Shown here piece after piece: positions 35,354 through 45,259 of a DNA stretch of 64,000 nt. The notes beneath the pieces are model-generated. The model was not told the DNA's origin. It ran no database searches and saw nothing but the letters and a program-made list of their open reading frames with translations. Positions within the stretch are counted from its first letter, which is position 1; every line of letters begins with the position of its first letter. Both the position numbers and the translations under genes were made by a program. Source of the stretch: Candidatus Aenigmatarchaeota archaeon (lineage in GTDB: Archaea > Aenigmatarchaeota > Aenigmatarchaeia > CG10238-14 > SCSR01); assembly GCA_039000425.1 (NCBI GenBank), contig JAWBPV010000001.1, positions 67,240-131,239 of the forward strand, in the 5' to 3' direction.

Positions 35354-36409
35354 TTATTTCGATTTTCCTGAACAAGATCTTATTTTTTTGATTTTTTCTT
35401 CTAATTCTTTTTTCAATTTTTCACCCATGTACTCTTTCGAATAAAAGTCGAGTTTTGCTGCTATCGAAAGTTTAGATGCCAAAACCCTAGCAATTTTTCC
35501 TTTCAACTTCTCTGGAGAATTTAGGATTAATGGATGATTGTATAATATGCCGAATCTTGGTGATTTACCTTTTCCACGCAAAAATCTAAAAAGACTCTTC
35601 TCCGCGCCTATTAGTTGAATTGCACTAGATGCCATCTTTGCTAATTTTTCAAGACTACCTGCTCTTGCTATAAGTTTCGCGGAAAGTATCGGACCTGCTA
35701 AATCTAGCAAATTCGGTGCCACTTCTTTCAAAATTTTTTCCAATTTTTTGGCTAATTCTTCCCTTAATTCATATAATATTAAAAGTTTGCTCGCTATCGA
35801 CTCAACAACTTTTATCTCATCATCACCGAAATCCACACCCATACTCTTCTTAGCCAGATTTTTTAGATCTTTATCTTCTATATTCTCTCTATGCCCATAT
35901 TTCTCCACTATCCAAGCGAATCTTTTATGATCAGTAATTATCTTATCCATCTCCGGAAAATGTAGTGAGTAAAATTCCCTAAGTCTCTCCATCAAAATAT
36001 TAGTGGTTTTATCCAAATCTTCTATAGTTTTTATAATTTGAACAACTATTATATCTTTCTTAACCATTTTTCTCATTTCATTTTTGACCAATTCTGTTGT
36101 AACTTTTGAATAGAACTGATTGAATTCAACTTGATCGTTGAAGAATTTGTATTTTATCGCCAATTCTCTCAAATTTTGCTTGATGAATTGATATACTTCA
36201 CTTCTGAAATCGCTTTTAACAACATCGTATCCTTTACCCTTCAGTTCTATTTGTATCTCTCTTTCTTCTTCAATCCAATCCGTTTTTGAGCGAATGATCT
36301 TTTCAGCAACTTTTTCTGGGTCTTTTGGAAAAGGTTTAAAACACAATATTTTTCTGTTCTCATCAACACCAAAACATCCCACGAAAGTTGTTACCACAAA
36401 AACACGCAT
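35354..36409 (-). CDS. nop5: Nop5 (Nop56/58) C/D-box RNP protein
   Basis: ERLREFYSLHFPE, APNL, IQLIGAEKSLFR, GKIARVLASK; adjacent to flpA. Confidence 0.95.
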   Translation of the reverse strand: MRVFVVTTFVGCFGVDENRKILCFKPFPKDPEKVAEKIIRSKTDWIEEEREIQIELKGKGYDVVKSDFRSEVYQFIKQNLRELAIKYKFFNDQVEFNQFYSKVTTELVKNEMRKMVKKDIIVVQIIKTIEDLDKTTNILMERLREFYSLHFPEMDKIITDHKRFAWIVEKYGHRENIEDKDLKNLAKKSMGVDFGDDEIKVVESIASKLLILYELREELAKKLEKILKEVAPNLLDLAGPILSAKLIARAGSLEKLAKMASSAIQLIGAEKSLFRFLRGKGKSPRFGILYNHPLILNSPEKLKGKIARVLASKLSIAAKLDFYSKEYMGEKLKKELEEKIKKIRSCSGKSK

Positions 36410-36445
36410 AGTTTTTTATTATCCGAATATATTAATATAATTAAA

Positions 36446-36667
36446 ATGGACGAAAAATTGATCTTCATAGCATCATTCTTGATATTCCTAGGTATATTGC
36501 TACTCATAATTGGAGTAATTTTAAACAAAAAAGTGAAGACAGAATTCGGATTTTTTGGTTTAATCGGGCCAATACCAATAGGTTTTTGGAGTAGTAAAAC
36601 CGCTCTTCTCCTAACTTTAGTTTTTTTATTTGTTTCCATTTTAATAATTCTTATGATCAGGTGGTGA
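36446..36667 (+). CDS. Small membrane protein (DUF131-like)
   Basis: Two TM segments around GLIGPIPIGF. Confidence 0.8.
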   Translation: MDEKLIFIASFLIFLGILLLIIGVILNKKVKTEFGFFGLIGPIPIGFWSSKTALLLTLVFLFVSILIILMIRW

Positions 36668-36668
36668 T

Positions 36669-37622
36669 ATGCCGTTGAAATTGTTTTTAGCAATGAGTCT
36701 AACTTTATTTTTACTATTTGGCTTCTTGTTTGGGTTGCTAGCAGCAGTTGGTTATTTCTTTAACATTTCTGGTTATTTGGTAGTAGCTATGGCAATAGCG
36801 TTGGTATTCATTCAATGGTTGGTTGGACCTAAAATAATCTGGTGGACGACCAACATGAGGTTTTTAGATAGAAAAGAATATCCTTGGATTTGGGAAAGTG
36901 TGGAAGAATTGTGTAAGAAGAATAAAGTTCCGATGCCAAAATTAGCTTTAGTAAGAAGTGGTGCTCCTAACGCTTTTGTTTTTGGTAGAACACCTGGGTC
37001 TGCCGTTCTGGCTGTAACACAAGGTTTACTTAATACTTTAACTCAAGAAGAAGTTAAAGCTGTGTTGGGACATGAAATAGGTCATATCAAGCATAAAGAT
37101 ATGATAGTGATGACAATTGTTTCTGCAATACCTATAATAGCTTATTTCATCGCAAGATTCTTGATATTCGCAAGAAATGAAAGAGAAAGAGCGGGTGCTG
37201 CAATTCTTGTAGGTTTCGTAGCTTTCATCATTTATTTCATCTCCAACTTACTAGTTTTAGCTTTGTCAAGGTTGAGAGAGTATTATGCTGATAGGTTTGG
37301 TGGAATTAACACTAAACCAAAGTTGTTAGCAAGTGCTCTAGCAAAAATAACTTATGGGTTAACTACTACACCAGAAAGAGTTGAAAATTCTGCCGTCAGG
37401 TCTTTTTACATAGCAGATCCAATCTCAGCTGTTAATGAAGTTAAGCAATTATCTTCAGAATATTCCGATATGGAGTTAGATGAAAAAGAATTGAAGAAAG
37501 CCATGGAGTGGGAAAAAAGGAACCCACTAATAAGATTCATGGAAATTTTCAGAAGTCATCCATTAACATTCAAGAGGATATTGGCATTGAGAGAACTTGA
37601 AAAAGAATTATCCAAAACTTAA
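36669..37622 (+). CDS. htpX: Zinc metalloprotease HtpX (M48)
   Basis: PNAFVFG, HEIGH, SRLREYYAD, SHP. Confidence 0.94.
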   Translation: MPLKLFLAMSLTLFLLFGFLFGLLAAVGYFFNISGYLVVAMAIALVFIQWLVGPKIIWWTTNMRFLDRKEYPWIWESVEELCKKNKVPMPKLALVRSGAPNAFVFGRTPGSAVLAVTQGLLNTLTQEEVKAVLGHEIGHIKHKDMIVMTIVSAIPIIAYFIARFLIFARNERERAGAAILVGFVAFIIYFISNLLVLALSRLREYYADRFGGINTKPKLLASALAKITYGLTTTPERVENSAVRSFYIADPISAVNEVKQLSSEYSDMELDEKELKKAMEWEKRNPLIRFMEIFRSHPLTFKRILALRELEKELSKT

Positions 37623-37646
37623 AAACTATTTCTCAAATAATAATTA

Positions 37647-38405
37647 GTGATTTGCTTGAGAGTTGGAGAAATAGTTCTTCTCTTGTCTGAAGATTCTTCT
37701 TACATCACAGAAGTTAAAGAAGGGAAATTACATACGAAAGATGGTATTTTTGATTTAAATGAATTGTTGAAAAAGAGATTTGGTGAAAAAATAAAGACTC
37801 ATCTTGGTAAAGAATTTTCGATAGTAAGACCTAGTTTTAATGATTTGTTAGAAAAAAAAGCTAGGAGAGGTCCACAAATAATAATGCCGAAAGATGCTTC
37901 TTTGATTTTAGCTTATACAGGAATTTCTCCTGGAAGTTTTGTGGTGGATGTTGGAACTGGTTCTGGTTTTCTAGCTATATTCTTAGCGAATCATGTAAAA
38001 CCTGGGAAAGTTGTTAGTTATGAAAAAGATAGGAGAATGTTGAAGATAGCTGAAAAGAATGTGGAACTCTTCGATCTTTCAGATTTTATCGATATAAAAA
38101 ACAAAGACGCTTCAAAAGGAATTTCTGAGAAGAACGTGGATTTAGTAACTGTTGATATAAAAAATCCTGAAAAAGTTATTGAGCATGCTTATAAAAGTCT
38201 GAAAGTTGGTGGTTGGTTGGTTGTTTATTCACCGACGATAGAAGAAGTTATTAGCGTAACAAAAAAAATAAAAAGGTTAAACTTTTCTTATATCAAAACA
38301 GTTGAAAATATAGTAAGGGAATGGCAAACTGAAAGGACTACGAGGCCAAAAACCATTGGAATAATGCATACAGGCTTCATGACTTTTGCCAGAAAGGTGT
38401 CTTGA
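37647..38405 (+). CDS. trmI: tRNA (adenine-57/58-N1)-methyltransferase
   Basis: RGPQIIMPKD, DVGTGSG, YSPTIE, HTGFMTFARK. Confidence 0.93.
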   Translation: MICLRVGEIVLLLSEDSSYITEVKEGKLHTKDGIFDLNELLKKRFGEKIKTHLGKEFSIVRPSFNDLLEKKARRGPQIIMPKDASLILAYTGISPGSFVVDVGTGSGFLAIFLANHVKPGKVVSYEKDRRMLKIAEKNVELFDLSDFIDIKNKDASKGISEKNVDLVTVDIKNPEKVIEHAYKSLKVGGWLVVYSPTIEEVISVTKKIKRLNFSYIKTVENIVREWQTERTTRPKTIGIMHTGFMTFARKVS

Positions 38406-38998
38406 TGGAAAACGTGAAAAAAGCGCAAGGTCCACCTGAAATTGCTCCAGAGCCATCGCCAACTATTACACCTGAAATGGTGAGAAGTGTTTTCGAAATA
38501 TTGGAAAGTAAAGGGATGATTCACTACACTGCTGGTGGGGCTTACATACCTACAGAAAGTGGATGGAAACTCCTCATGGAATTAAAGCCTGTAAGAGAAG
38601 AAATTGTTGGGTTTGGTCACGGTGATATCAAAGCTATCAATGACTCTTTAATAAGAATAACTAAAAGTTCAGACGTTGATGATGCAACGATAGCTGTAAA
38701 TGCAAATAAAGCATGTAAAGATTTGAGCGAAGAATTTAAAGCTGCGATCAAAACTGGCGGAAAAGTTGAGGTTAAAGTTGAGGTTGAGGGGGAAGAAGAA
38801 GTTTTTTTCGGTTGTGGTTCACCTGCACTTAAACTAACTAGTAAAGAAGAAATCTTGATAAGGAAAGATTCCAAAATTGATGGGAAAACTGTCGTCATTC
38901 TTTCAGACAAATCCGCTAACGAATTAAAACAGAGTTTAATTGAAAAATTGAAAAATCCAGGGAATAAAGTAAAGATAACTTTTGAAATCAAATATTGA
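38405..38998 (+). CDS. DUF371-like domain with an N-terminal winged-helix segment
   Basis: FEILESKGMIHY...PTESG wing; GHGDIKA...ITKS, ANKACKDL, IRKDS, SDKSANEL resemble DUF371. Confidence 0.7.
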   Translation: MENVKKAQGPPEIAPEPSPTITPEMVRSVFEILESKGMIHYTAGGAYIPTESGWKLLMELKPVREEIVGFGHGDIKAINDSLIRITKSSDVDDATIAVNANKACKDLSEEFKAAIKTGGKVEVKVEVEGEEEVFFGCGSPALKLTSKEEILIRKDSKIDGKTVVILSDKSANELKQSLIEKLKNPGNKVKITFEIKY

Positions 38999-39004
38999 TT
39001 CAAC

Positions 39005-39102
39005 GGGGTTGTCGTCTAGCTTGGTTTAGGACTCAGCCTTATCTTTGGCGAACGGGTCCTGAGGAAAAGGCTGAAACCTGGGTTCAAATCCCAGCAACCC
39101 CA
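39005..39102 (+). tRNA. tRNA-Pro(CGG) with two introns (33/34: 39041-39052; 37/38: 39057-39067)
   Basis: Acceptor GGGGTTG/CAACCCC-A; T arm CTGGG TTCAAAT CCCAG; mature arm CAGCC TT CGG GA GGCTG; relaxed BHB helices (3/4 bp). Confidence 0.78.
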
Positions 39103-39133
39103 TCTTACTTTAAAATATTAAGTAGTTAAAGAA

Positions 39134-41320
39134 TTAATGAAGAGTTGTCTGTTTTTCTTCTTTTTTCTTAGGCACTTGGGCCAATTGTTCTTTTATCGAA
39201 TAAGCAACTTTCTCTCCTACAAGCTTGGTCAGAGTTTCAATTGGAATTTTTTTCAAATCAGAAATTCTCTTGATCCCTGCATTGTAAAGTTTTCTTGCTC
39301 TTATCCTTCCTATCCCTTTCAATCTCACCAAATTAATTAACTCTTCTCTCACACCATACTCAAGTCTAACTCTTAATTTTCTTATAGGTTTTAAAAATTC
39401 TTTGTATCCAAGTAATAAAGCAAGCTCTTGTAAAGAGTACAAAAGCCAATCCGCAATCTCTTTTTTTCCATAAAATTCTCCTGGTGTAACTCTAAAATTT
39501 GTTAAGATTTCGTCTTCACTCGCTTCTTCTATCCAAGCCTCAAATACCAAAGCAGTTTTTAAACTTCTCAAGAAATCGTCAAACTCTATTTCAGATTCGT
39601 CTGGAATAATTTGTAATATTTCATCTTCCCTTTTTGCAAGGATGTTCTCAAGTTCAGAGAATTCTCCTGGTCTCACTGGAAGCAAAGGTCTCATCTCTAT
39701 CGTGTTTGAAATCAATTGTAAAATACCGAAAGGTGGGATTTTTCTTTCCCTTGTTCTATCCAGAGTTTGAATGAAGTTAAAAGCAGTTAAAGGATCGATG
39801 TAAAGTTCAGAAACCCTTTTTCCTATTCTTGTTGCCGAAATTTTTCTCCCTTTTTTAAAAATAAATTTCCAATCTTCAAGTTGATCCAAAATCTTTTCTA
39901 TTTTATCTTCAATTAAAGATATTTCGCCAAACTGATAAGAGTAAAAAGTTTTTGAAAAAAATTTCTTCAGAGATTCTTTCGAATCACAAAAATTCGTAGC
40001 TATTAAAGCCAAAACATGCATCCTTAAAATAGGCTCAAAACCAAGCTTTGATCGAACATCCTCGATTTTACCCATGATGAAATGATCTACAAGTTCTCGA
40101 AGTTCATCTTCTGTCCTTGCTATCAATATAGATTCGCCAAACTCGTCGTAAGTTGGTCTCCCGGCCCTTCCAGACATTTGTTTATAATCCAACACTGGAA
40201 TGTAAACTGAACCTATTCCTGGATAGTATCTTTTAACATCCCTTATCACAACCCTAAAAGAAGGTAAATTAACTCCAAAAGCTAGAGTGGGAGTAGCTAC
40301 TATTATTTTAATCAAACCTTGCTTGAATTTATCTTCTATCAATCTTTTCTGTTTTCCAAGTAAACCTGCATGATGGAAAGCTACCCCATTTTTCACACAA
40401 GAAGCTAGTTTTTTACATTGTTGGGTTGGTGTTTCCAAAATTTCCAAAATTTCTTTTGCCAAATTTTGAAGTTCTACTTCCTCTTTCATTTTTATGTAAG
40501 GTTTAACTACCTTAACCAATTTTTCCGCCAAACTTTCTGCTGTCCTCCTTGTTGCAACGAAAAACAAAGCTTGTTTCTTCAACTTCAAGGTGTTTTCCGC
40601 TATGGCCGCTTCTGGCTCTAGCTCATTCAACTCATAACCATTTTTATCGTAAAAGAAGATTTTTGAATCGTAATAAACACCTTCGTAAAGTTTAACAGGT
40701 CTGAAATCGCTACTTAAAAGGGTTGCATCCAACCAGTTCGCCAATTCTTTTGCGTTGTTTATTGTAGCTGATAAAGCAATGATTTGAGCTTTTGGTACCA
40801 CTTCCCTTAATTGTGTCAACAGAATTTCGAGAGTTGTTCCCCTAGATGGATCGTTCAAAACATGAACTTCATCCACGATTATTAAACCTATATCTTTAAT
40901 CCAAGTTGCACCATGTCTTATCAAAGAATCAAGCTTCTCGTTGGTGCAAATTATCACATCGTAATCAGAAAGCCAAGGATCACTTGAATCGAGATCACCA
41001 ACAGATATAGCAACTTTCCATCTTCCTTCAAAAAGTCTTTTTAAATATTCATATTTCTCATTGGCAAGAGCAACTAGAGGAACTGTGTAAATTGCTTTAC
41101 ATCTTGAAGAAGAAAGTTTTTTTATCATGGCTAAAGCCGCTATTAAAGTCTTACCGCCTGCTGTTGGAAATGATACAACAACGTTATTTCCTTTAAACAA
41201 CTCTTCCTTAACAAATTCTTCTTGAGGTGGATAGAGTTCTGAAATACCTTCGTTCCTAAATTTTCTTATAAATTCTTCCTCTATACCATATCTTGAAAGA
41301 TCCTCAATTTTCATTACCAT
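39134..41320 (-). CDS. hel308: Ski2-like DNA helicase Hel308/Hjm
   Basis: PTAGGKT, DEVH, LSAT, AFHHAGL, QMSGRAGRP, HhH GIGRIRAR. Confidence 0.95.
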   Translation of the reverse strand: MVMKIEDLSRYGIEEEFIRKFRNEGISELYPPQEEFVKEELFKGNNVVVSFPTAGGKTLIAALAMIKKLSSSRCKAIYTVPLVALANEKYEYLKRLFEGRWKVAISVGDLDSSDPWLSDYDVIICTNEKLDSLIRHGATWIKDIGLIIVDEVHVLNDPSRGTTLEILLTQLREVVPKAQIIALSATINNAKELANWLDATLLSSDFRPVKLYEGVYYDSKIFFYDKNGYELNELEPEAAIAENTLKLKKQALFFVATRRTAESLAEKLVKVVKPYIKMKEEVELQNLAKEILEILETPTQQCKKLASCVKNGVAFHHAGLLGKQKRLIEDKFKQGLIKIIVATPTLAFGVNLPSFRVVIRDVKRYYPGIGSVYIPVLDYKQMSGRAGRPTYDEFGESILIARTEDELRELVDHFIMGKIEDVRSKLGFEPILRMHVLALIATNFCDSKESLKKFFSKTFYSYQFGEISLIEDKIEKILDQLEDWKFIFKKGRKISATRIGKRVSELYIDPLTAFNFIQTLDRTRERKIPPFGILQLISNTIEMRPLLPVRPGEFSELENILAKREDEILQIIPDESEIEFDDFLRSLKTALVFEAWIEEASEDEILTNFRVTPGEFYGKKEIADWLLYSLQELALLLGYKEFLKPIRKLRVRLEYGVREELINLVRLKGIGRIRARKLYNAGIKRISDLKKIPIETLTKLVGEKVAYSIKEQLAQVPKKKEEKQTTLH

Positions 41321-41363
41321 ATAGATTTCTTTATAATTTTATAGAATTTTAGATTGTGATGTT

Positions 41364-42353
41364 GTGAGAAAAAATGTTGTTTGTTTGGGGATTGAATCAA
41401 CAGCTCATACTTTTGGTGTTGGTATAGTTGATGAAAGAGGAAAAATTATTGCAGACGAAAGAGTAGTTTATAAACCACCATTAGGAAAAGGTATCATACC
41501 TGATGAAGCAGCAAAATTTCACGAAAAGAATTCTGAAAATGTTTTAATTAAATGTTTAGAAAAAGGTGGTTTAAAGATCGAAGATGTTGATTTGGTGGCT
41601 TATGCCGCTGGGTCTGGTCTACCACCTTGTCTTTTAGTTGGTGCCAAATTCGCAAGGAATTTAGCGATTAGATATAAAAAACCTTTAATTCCAGTATGTC
41701 ATCAAATAGCACATTTAGAAGTTGGTCTTCTTACAACAGAAGCAACAGATCCTGTTTTTGTTTATCTTTCCGGTGGAAATACACAAATTGTTGCATTGGT
41801 AGAAAAAGTTTATAGAGTTTTTGGTGAAACAGAAGATATAGCGATAGGAAATTGTTTGGATGTTGTTGCGAGGGAAATGGGTCTACCGATGCCAGGTGGT
41901 CCAGAAATAGAGAAACTGGCGAAAAATGGTAGATATGTTGAACTTCCTTACGTTGTAAAAGGTATGGATGTGAGCTACACTGGTATAGCAACGACAGCAA
42001 TTAACATGATTAAAAAAGGTGTAAGAAAAGAGGATGTGGCTTATTCCCTGCAAGAAACATGTTTCGCCATGTTAACAGAAGTAACAGAAAGGGCTTTAGC
42101 TCATACGGAAAAAACAGAAGTTTTGTTAGTGGGTGGTGTGGCTGCAAACAGAAGGTTGCAAGATATGATGAAAAAGATGTGTGAAAGTAGGATGGCAAAA
42201 ATGTACGTTGTTCCAACGGAATACAGTGGTGATAACGGTGTGATGATAGCTTGGACTGGTTTACTGGCTTTCAAGAGTGGATGGAAACCAAAATTTAGAG
42301 ATTTAATCAAACCTAAATGGAGAATTGATGATATCGATATAACTTGGAGATAA
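41364..42353 (+). CDS. kae1: tRNA t6A synthesis protein Kae1
   Basis: GIESTAHTFG, HQIAHLE, SGGNTQ, LPYVVKGMD, GGVAANRRL, DNGVMIAW. Confidence 0.96.
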   Translation: MRKNVVCLGIESTAHTFGVGIVDERGKIIADERVVYKPPLGKGIIPDEAAKFHEKNSENVLIKCLEKGGLKIEDVDLVAYAAGSGLPPCLLVGAKFARNLAIRYKKPLIPVCHQIAHLEVGLLTTEATDPVFVYLSGGNTQIVALVEKVYRVFGETEDIAIGNCLDVVAREMGLPMPGGPEIEKLAKNGRYVELPYVVKGMDVSYTGIATTAINMIKKGVRKEDVAYSLQETCFAMLTEVTERALAHTEKTEVLLVGGVAANRRLQDMMKKMCESRMAKMYVVPTEYSGDNGVMIAWTGLLAFKSGWKPKFRDLIKPKWRIDDIDITWR

Positions 42354-42401
42354 TTCTCTATTAGAGAATAAAAAGTTCTCAATTAAACGAATTGTTTTTA
42401 T

Positions 42402-42674
42402 TTAAATTAACTCATTCTCGCTTACTACCACAAAATCTCCTATTGATTTCACTGCACTAAAAGGGATTAAAATTCTTCCTTTATCATCTGTTTTTGGATT
42501 GAGGTCTTGTAAGTATCTGGTTGGTTGCTCTACCACAAGATTCAAAAGCTCGCCACTCTCAGCCACAAAATCGATGTTGCTCACCACTCCAAACTTTCTC
42601 CCAGTTTCCTCACTTATTATAGTCTTACCCAGCACATCTGCTGCCCTAACTTTTGTCTCAGCCATAATTATCAC
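42402..42674 (-). CDS. PRC-barrel domain protein
   Basis: LGKTIISEETGRKFGVV, ILIPFSAVKSIGDFVVV. Confidence 0.88.
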   Translation of the reverse strand: MIIMAETKVRAADVLGKTIISEETGRKFGVVSNIDFVAESGELLNLVVEQPTRYLQDLNPKTDDKGRILIPFSAVKSIGDFVVVSENELI

Positions 42675-42709
42675 AAATAATTATACTTTACTTAAATTTA
42701 AAGTTATTT

Positions 42710-43240
42710 ATGAGGTGTTTCGTTGGATATCTTTTAAATGAAGATGAAAAAGTGGGGATTTTAAAATTGTTGGAAAAAATGGAAAAGTGGCCGATGAAAT
42801 GTAAGTTTGTGGAAAAAGAAAACTTACATTTGAATTTTTCTTTCCTTGGAGAAATTGGTGAAAATGATATAAAAAAAATTTCTGAGAAAATCGATTCTGT
42901 TGGTAAAAAATTCAAAAAGTTTGAGGTTGAAATAGATGGGTTGAAAATGATACCTAATGATAAGTACGTAAGAGTTTTGGCGCTCTCACTCGCTTACAAT
43001 GAAGATTTGGAAAAAATTTTTAAAGAAATAGTAAAAGAGATAGGTGGTGATTCCAAACCGGCACATATAACTTTATGTAGAGTTAAAGCTGTAACTAACA
43101 AATTAGAATTGAAAAAGAAAGTTATGGAAGAGGGAAGATTTCACGGAAAAATAACAATAAGGAAAATCCAATTGATTAAGAGTGAATTGAAGCCTACTGG
43201 TCCAGTTTATTCCGTAATTCATGAAGCTGAATTGTTTTGA
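42710..43240 (+). CDS. thpR: 2H-phosphoesterase (RNA 2',3'-cyclic phosphodiesterase, ThpR-like)
   Basis: MRCFV, ENLHLNFSFLGEI, PAHITLCRVK, SELKPTGPVY. Confidence 0.88.
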   Translation: MRCFVGYLLNEDEKVGILKLLEKMEKWPMKCKFVEKENLHLNFSFLGEIGENDIKKISEKIDSVGKKFKKFEVEIDGLKMIPNDKYVRVLALSLAYNEDLEKIFKEIVKEIGGDSKPAHITLCRVKAVTNKLELKKKVMEEGRFHGKITIRKIQLIKSELKPTGPVYSVIHEAELF

Positions 43241-44097
43241 TTTTTTTCTATGAAATCTTTCAGTTCTTTTACCCTAGTTTCTATTTTATACTGGTCTATA
43301 GGTATCCTCTCCCTTAAAGCCTTGAATATTTCTTTCTTGGTAAGTTCTTCTACTTCCTTATCAGCTGGTGCTCTTGCTATATAGTCCACTTCGGCAACTT
43401 GCAACATTTCCTTGATTATTAAATCTCCTCCCCTATCACCATCGACGAATAACGTTGTAATTTTCTCTTTCGTGAGTTTAATTATTTGTTCTGGAATCTT
43501 CACCCCTTCCAACGCTATCACATTTTTAATACCATTTTTCAACAAATTGAGTACATCGGCTCTGCCTTCAACTATTATTATTTCATCAGATATTTCTACT
43601 TCCGGCCCGGCTGGAAGGCCGTAATAATCTCTTATCTGAGCAGTCTTCACGCTTTCTTTTATCATGCTGGTTAGAGTGGAAGTTGGTGGTATTTCTTCGG
43701 TTATTAATTTTCCAAGGATATCTTTTGCCCTGTTCAGCATCATCTCCCTTTTCATCACCCTAACATCCTTGACAGATAAAACTTTAAAAGAAGCTGTGTA
43801 TGGACCTATCCTTTCTATTGTTTCTAAAGATGCCGCTATTAAAGCAGTTTCTGAACTATCTAGACTTGAAGGTAAGAAAATTTTGCCAAAAGTTTTTCCT
43901 TCTGAATTGTTCAACTCAACATCTATCCTACCAATTCTACCTGTTCTTTGAAGTTCCCTCAAATCTAAATCTTGACCCAACAAACCTTCTGTTTGACCGA
44001 ATATAGCTCCTATGACATCGGGTTTTTCCACTATACCGTCTGCTTTGAATTCTGCTTCTATTAAATATTTTACAGTAGATTGAGCTAATTTTCCCAT
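43219..44097 (-). CDS. dnaG: Archaeal DnaG (compact, 292 aa)
   Basis: DVIGAIFGQTEGLLG, VEGRADV, DGDRGG, EVEELT. ATG at 44097 with GGAGATGA SD. Confidence 0.94.
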   Translation of the reverse strand: MGKLAQSTVKYLIEAEFKADGIVEKPDVIGAIFGQTEGLLGQDLDLRELQRTGRIGRIDVELNNSEGKTFGKIFLPSSLDSSETALIAASLETIERIGPYTASFKVLSVKDVRVMKREMMLNRAKDILGKLITEEIPPTSTLTSMIKESVKTAQIRDYYGLPAGPEVEISDEIIIVEGRADVLNLLKNGIKNVIALEGVKIPEQIIKLTKEKITTLFVDGDRGGDLIIKEMLQVAEVDYIARAPADKEVEELTKKEIFKALRERIPIDQYKIETRVKELKDFIEKNQNNSAS

Positions 44098-44458
44098 TTG
44101 AATCATCTCCAATTAATTTCGTTATTGAATTGAGTTCTTCAATCTTGTGAATTTTAAATGATTTGAATTTACATCTAACCAAATGATTCACCTTAATTTT
44201 ATAACGTGAAATCATTTCGGTTAGATATGAAGCCATGCTTTCTCCTTCAGGATCAAAATCTGTTAAAATAGCAACTTCTGAAGGATTTGATGATACCACT
44301 TCTTCAACCACTCTCTCCAAAGGTTTCCCACCTATTTTTACTATTTTTTTAAAACCAAATTTTTTAAGGGCTAAAAAATCCTTTTCACCTTCTACTACAA
44401 CCAAAACTTGATCTTTTTCCATTTTCTCCAAATTTTCGATAACGGAAGGAGAAAGCAT
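43937..44458 (-). CDS. Small TOPRIM-domain protein
   Basis: VVVEGEKD and ILTDFDPEGE; 3' end overlaps dnaG. Confidence 0.85.
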   Translation of the reverse strand: MLSPSVIENLEKMEKDQVLVVVEGEKDFLALKKFGFKKIVKIGGKPLERVVEEVVSSNPSEVAILTDFDPEGESMASYLTEMISRYKIKVNHLVRCKFKSFKIHKIEELNSITKLIGDDSNGKISSIYCKIFNRSRIQSRRYSGKTRCHRSYIRSNRRFVGSRFRFEGTSKNR

Positions 44459-44464
44459 AATTAT

Positions 44465-45259
44465 TTAGGTGATTTCTTCTAATATATCTCTTTCGGTTAT
44501 CATTCCTTCCAAAACTTTATCCTCGTCAACAACAGGAAGACCACCAACATCATGTCTAACCATTTCTCTTATAGCCTCAGAAACATCCCTATCTTTTTCT
44601 ATGAAGTAAACTTCTTTAGCAAATGTTGGTAATACTGGCGAATTCAATTCAGAAAATTCTAAGTTAACTTTTTTCAAATAGAGCAAAGCATCTGCAGACG
44701 TTACTATACCCACAAGCTTTTTACCTTCTACCAAAGGAAGTCTTCTGTAATGTGTGTTCACCATAGTTTTGATAGATTCTAAGATTGAAGAAGTTTTATT
44801 CAAAAAGAATGGTTTTTTTGTCATAATCTCTTCCACTTTCATACCAAATTCTACCGAAGCAAACCTCCTAACTATGTCTCTTTCAGACACCATACCAACA
44901 AGTTTTCCATCTTTAGTCACAGGAAAACCTCCTCTTCTTGAGAACTTGAACTTCAGAAGCACGTTTCCTATAGTTTCATCTACATCACAAAAAATAACTT
45001 CTCTATTCATTATCGTAGAAATCGGTTCTTCAAAACTCTGTCTTCTCAAGAAAGCTCCTAAAATATCCATCGTAGTTATTATACCAACCAATTTTTTCTT
45101 CCTAGTCAATACAGGTAATCTCCTCTTTCCTTTCTCTATTATCCTATCCATCACATTTTTTATACTTTCATCTTCATAACAAAAAATTGGATCCAAATCA
45201 GCTATTTGAACTATTTTTTGAGTTTTACTTAAACCTGCTTTACTTAACTCAATACTCAT
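44465..45259 (-). CDS. Four-CBS-domain protein
   Basis: Repeated CBS cores RRLPV/GGFPV/RRLPL/GGLPV with G(I/M)(I/V)(T/S)xxD. Confidence 0.9.
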   Translation of the reverse strand: MSIELSKAGLSKTQKIVQIADLDPIFCYEDESIKNVMDRIIEKGKRRLPVLTRKKKLVGIITTMDILGAFLRRQSFEEPISTIMNREVIFCDVDETIGNVLLKFKFSRRGGFPVTKDGKLVGMVSERDIVRRFASVEFGMKVEEIMTKKPFFLNKTSSILESIKTMVNTHYRRLPLVEGKKLVGIVTSADALLYLKKVNLEFSELNSPVLPTFAKEVYFIEKDRDVSEAIREMVRHDVGGLPVVDEDKVLEGMITERDILEEIT

